DNA of 63,498 nt, filler included, from Octopus bimaculoides (taxonomy: Eukaryota): the NCBI RefSeq assembly GCF_001194135.2. It is 4 parts of 4 records of this genome, joined end to end, with 100 filler letters (N's around TTAATTAATTAA, not from the genome) between each part and the next. Parts side by side here need not be neighbours in the genome. Positions count along the whole stretch, not along the records: positions 45,552 to 63,498 come from NC_068981.1; 3 more parts are not named here. One strand, 5' to 3'. Of the stretch, positions 60,207-63,498 are shown piece after piece. The notes beneath the pieces are model-generated. The model saw only the letters and a list, made by a program, of their open reading frames with translations, did no database searches and was not told the DNA's origin. Position 1 is the stretch's first letter. Every line of letters begins with the position of its first letter. The translations under genes and the position numbers were made by a program.

Positions 60207-63149
60207 NNNNNNNNNNNNNNNNNNNNNNNNNNNNNNNNNNNNNNNNNNNNNNNNNNNNNNNNNNNNNNNNNNNNNNNNNNNNNNNNNNNNNNNNNNNNNN
60301 NNNNNNNNNNNNNNNNNNNNNNNNNNNNNNNNNNNNNNNNNNNNNNNNNNNNNNNNNNNNNNNNNNNNNNNNNNNNNNNNNNNNNNNNNNNNNNNNNNNN
60401 NNNNNNNNNNNNNNNNNNNNNNNNNNNNNNNNNNNNNNNNNNNNNNNNNNNNNNNNNNNNNNNNNNNNNNNNNNNNNNNNNNNNNNNNNNNNNNNNNNNN
60501 NNNNNNNNNNNNNNNNNNNNNNNNNNNNNNNNNNNNNNNNNNNNNNNNNNNNNNNNNNNNNNNNNNNNNNNNNNNNNNNNNNNNNNNNNNNNNNNNNNNN
60601 NNNNNNNNNNNNNNNNNNNNNNNNNNNNNNNNNNNNNNNNNNNNNNNNNNNNNNNNNNNNNNNNNNNNNNNNNNNNNNNNNNNATATATATATATATATA
60701 TATAAATATTTCTCGTTATTGAGATTAAATTTATATATATACACACACGCACACAAGTTAACTTATGAATAATGGCCGTTCCATACTTTTCTTTTATTAG
60801 AGAAAATTCAGCTTACAGCCGTTTCCTGCAATCATTGTAGATACATTAGAGTTAAATTTACTCAATCGATCATTTGAGGAAAATTGAACGACCTAAAATG
60901 ATTAATGCTACTTTCGTCGGAGTCATTTCTGGTTATAACAAATCAGAACACAGAAGGAATGGTCAGTAGATAGGCCAGGGAGGATAAGGCGGAAAGATGC
61001 AAGTCGAATAGAGAAATGAGGAAGACAAGAAAAGGGCATTCACAAAACACTGTTTGTAGACAGATCAACACGCATGAACATTGTTTTTAAGTTAAATATT
61101 CTCCACATGTTTTGTGGAAATTTGATATGGGCCATTTATACAAAAACACTAATGGTGTATTACTGTACTTTTCCAACTTTTTTGCCATCCTATAGTCCTA
61201 AATTTATTAATTGACCTCTACTTCCATCCTATCCTTACCTCTCTTCATCCCTTTGTAAATGTCTAGACGAGACACTCATATTCTCCCGGCACCCTGAATT
61301 CCCAGCTGAGCTTCTACAAATGAGAGCACATCCTCTACAAAACTCCAGTATCCATTAATAGGAAATATGATCTGTACTATTGCTTTCACCACCACAGGTA
61401 TGGGCTTCTGCAGAACTTTAAACTGACCGCCAACAAAACGGACATGCTGCCTTAGTACCAGCTGCACGCTTGCACTCAGTCACACTCACCAATCAACGTC
61501 CATGTGTAGGGCCACCAACCACCAATCGCCAACGCTTGTGTAGACTTATCTACCCGCAAATCCACACCCCTTCTACATACTTAGCCACATTAGTATACAT
61601 ATAAACGCGCGCACACACGTGTGCATACGCTCGTGGACAAGCGTGTATACACACAGACACACACACTGACGTACACACACATATATACATACAACTCTCC
61701 ACCTTAGTGCGTTTTCAAACATATCCCCAACCTCCAACTGCTCACATATACTCCTTCCTTACATTCTTATCTCTTCTTCATATCCATTCCTTATTCCTTT
61801 TATCTATTGATAGCTCTTCTGTTCTCACTTACTCGAAATATCGTGACCAGCGTCTAGCGCTCCTTTATCTTTCTTTCTCCTCTTTTCTTTTTCCTCCCCT
61901 TATCCTTTTGATCAATACCATTTTCTTCTAACATTCTCATCTATTCTCTTCTCTCTACCTACTTCCCCTTACCAGTATATTGTTCTTTCTTTCGTTTCTG
62001 TTGTATTTTCCGGCTTTTCGTTTCTTCCTTTTATGCTTTTTTTTTAAATTGCAAAAAATGACAAAAAATGACAAAATAAATTTACTAGCCAGCAACGGGT
62101 AAAGAAAAGCCTTTCAGCAATAGCAATTTTTTTTTCCACAATAATTTTAAAACAGAATTTTCTTCCTCGTAGGGCGCACATTACTGTTCCACGAAGGACA
62201 ACAGTTCAATTCAAAACATAATACACAAAAATATCATAATACCAGACAAAAACACACGGAACGAACTCACATAACTTTGGTAACAGCAAATTACGATGCA
62301 ATAATCCGAGTCTGCTAGAAATGGAAGTAGCTCGCTTCTGCTCAAAATATATATATTTCAAGCGAACATACTGTCGCTGATTTTGAAACAAGCAAAATTG
62401 CTAGGTCTAAAATATACATACATATATACATACATACATACATACATACATAACACCCTCCACACACACACACACACACATACACACATCAATGCATTGA
62501 ACTTGAAATTTAACTGTTATGTATTTGTTTGATATATATAAATGCATATGTACATATATGATAATGAATATATATTTGTAAGTGCGTGTGTGGGTTTGTT
62601 TTTGTGTGTGTGCATGTGCATGTAAATTTCATGTAACGCATCGTATATAGTGCATATATATATGGGCACTGATTTTAGAAACAGGTTATTATAATGCTTA
62701 ATTTAATCTTTTAAAAATCTGCTTCTCACTTATTTTAGTAAATGCGATGCAACAAGGAGCTTCAAATGTAAAATTGTTTGTTCTTTAACAGCCTGATATA
62801 TTGAAAACCGCGCATTTAGCATATCACCATAATATGCAAATCTATTAGATTCTGACAGTCTTCATAAGACATAACTTAGTTATGTATGTTAGCCTCCTGT
62901 GGATTTTCATATATTTCAAACAACAGAGTTCGTTTGTTTAATTGAATAGATGAAATGTAATGTGATTATGCTAATGGCTGTGAATCGAGTGGAATACGTC
63001 ATAAAATTTTCATAATCAGAACTTAACAGCTATATACATACGGTTTAACGAACAACTCTCTTTAGTATATTAATACTCATTTAGACGAACTATGTAGACG
63101 CTGCGTATAACACTGTTAGAATAGATATTTAATACTACTTCAAAAATAC

Positions 63150-63300
63150 GCAAATATAGATTATTTACATTTGACGGATATTTGTCCTCATCTTGTTTGT
63201 TGTTAACACAACGTTTCGGCTGATATACTCTCCAGCCTTCATCAGGTGTCTTGGGGAAATTTCGAACCTGGGTTCTCATTCCTAAGGTATTTTTGGATGT
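63150..63300. mobile_element. Penelope-like terminal fragment
   Basis: acaacgtttcggctgatatactctccagccttcatcaggtg, the gtttcg…catcag motif typical of PLE terminal repeats (from memory). Confidence 0.45.
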
Positions 63301-63302
63301 TG

Positions 63303-63304
<2 letters not shown>

Positions 63305-63373
<69 letters not shown>

Positions 63374-63498
63374 TTATGTTTGACTTTTGTTTTGCATTTG
63401 TACAAGTTGGATCCAAGTCTCACCCAGAGACCTCAAGAGACAACAAGTTAGAAGTTCATGTAGGTGTTATGCCTAGGGTACCATATATTTGGATTTGT
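63305..63498 (-). mobile_element. LINE 3' end (probably R4/Dong) with long (TAA)n, runs off the window
   Basis: Near-identical to 45594-45701. (TAT)n at 63305-63373. Confidence 0.6.

Noticed and set aside
61276-61470. 63-aa minus-strand ORF with protein-like composition
   Set aside because: No recognisable motif or splice context. Probably an old TE fragment.

Overview
This is AT-rich, repeat-dominated animal DNA, not prokaryotic. The SINE families, dense di/tri/tetranucleotide microsatellites and short-read gaps look like a coleoid cephalopod, probably Octopus (recognised from memory, no database search run). Three 100-bp 44N-TTAATTAATTAA-44N linkers split the window into four artificially joined pieces. 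Most identifiable sequence is decayed transposons: a near full-length Tx1/L1 LINE, a CR1 RT, two tail-to-tail RTE LINEs carrying a PHD finger inside the RT, three Penelope-like relics, a Gypsy LTR element with a 5-bp TSD and deleted integrase core, two mariners (one a fold-back), R4/Dong and HERO fragments, MITEs and many tRNA-SINEs. Host-gene signal is sparse: a probable first coding exon of a type II membrane protein (16719-16971), a CRE+TATA module followed by a splice donor (41426-41818), a pre-miRNA-like hairpin (40790-40863) and decayed minus-strand LRR/TLR-like frames (best 59050-59881). I found no intact multi-gene novel system. Most ORFs in the supplied track are microsatellite or N-gap artefacts.
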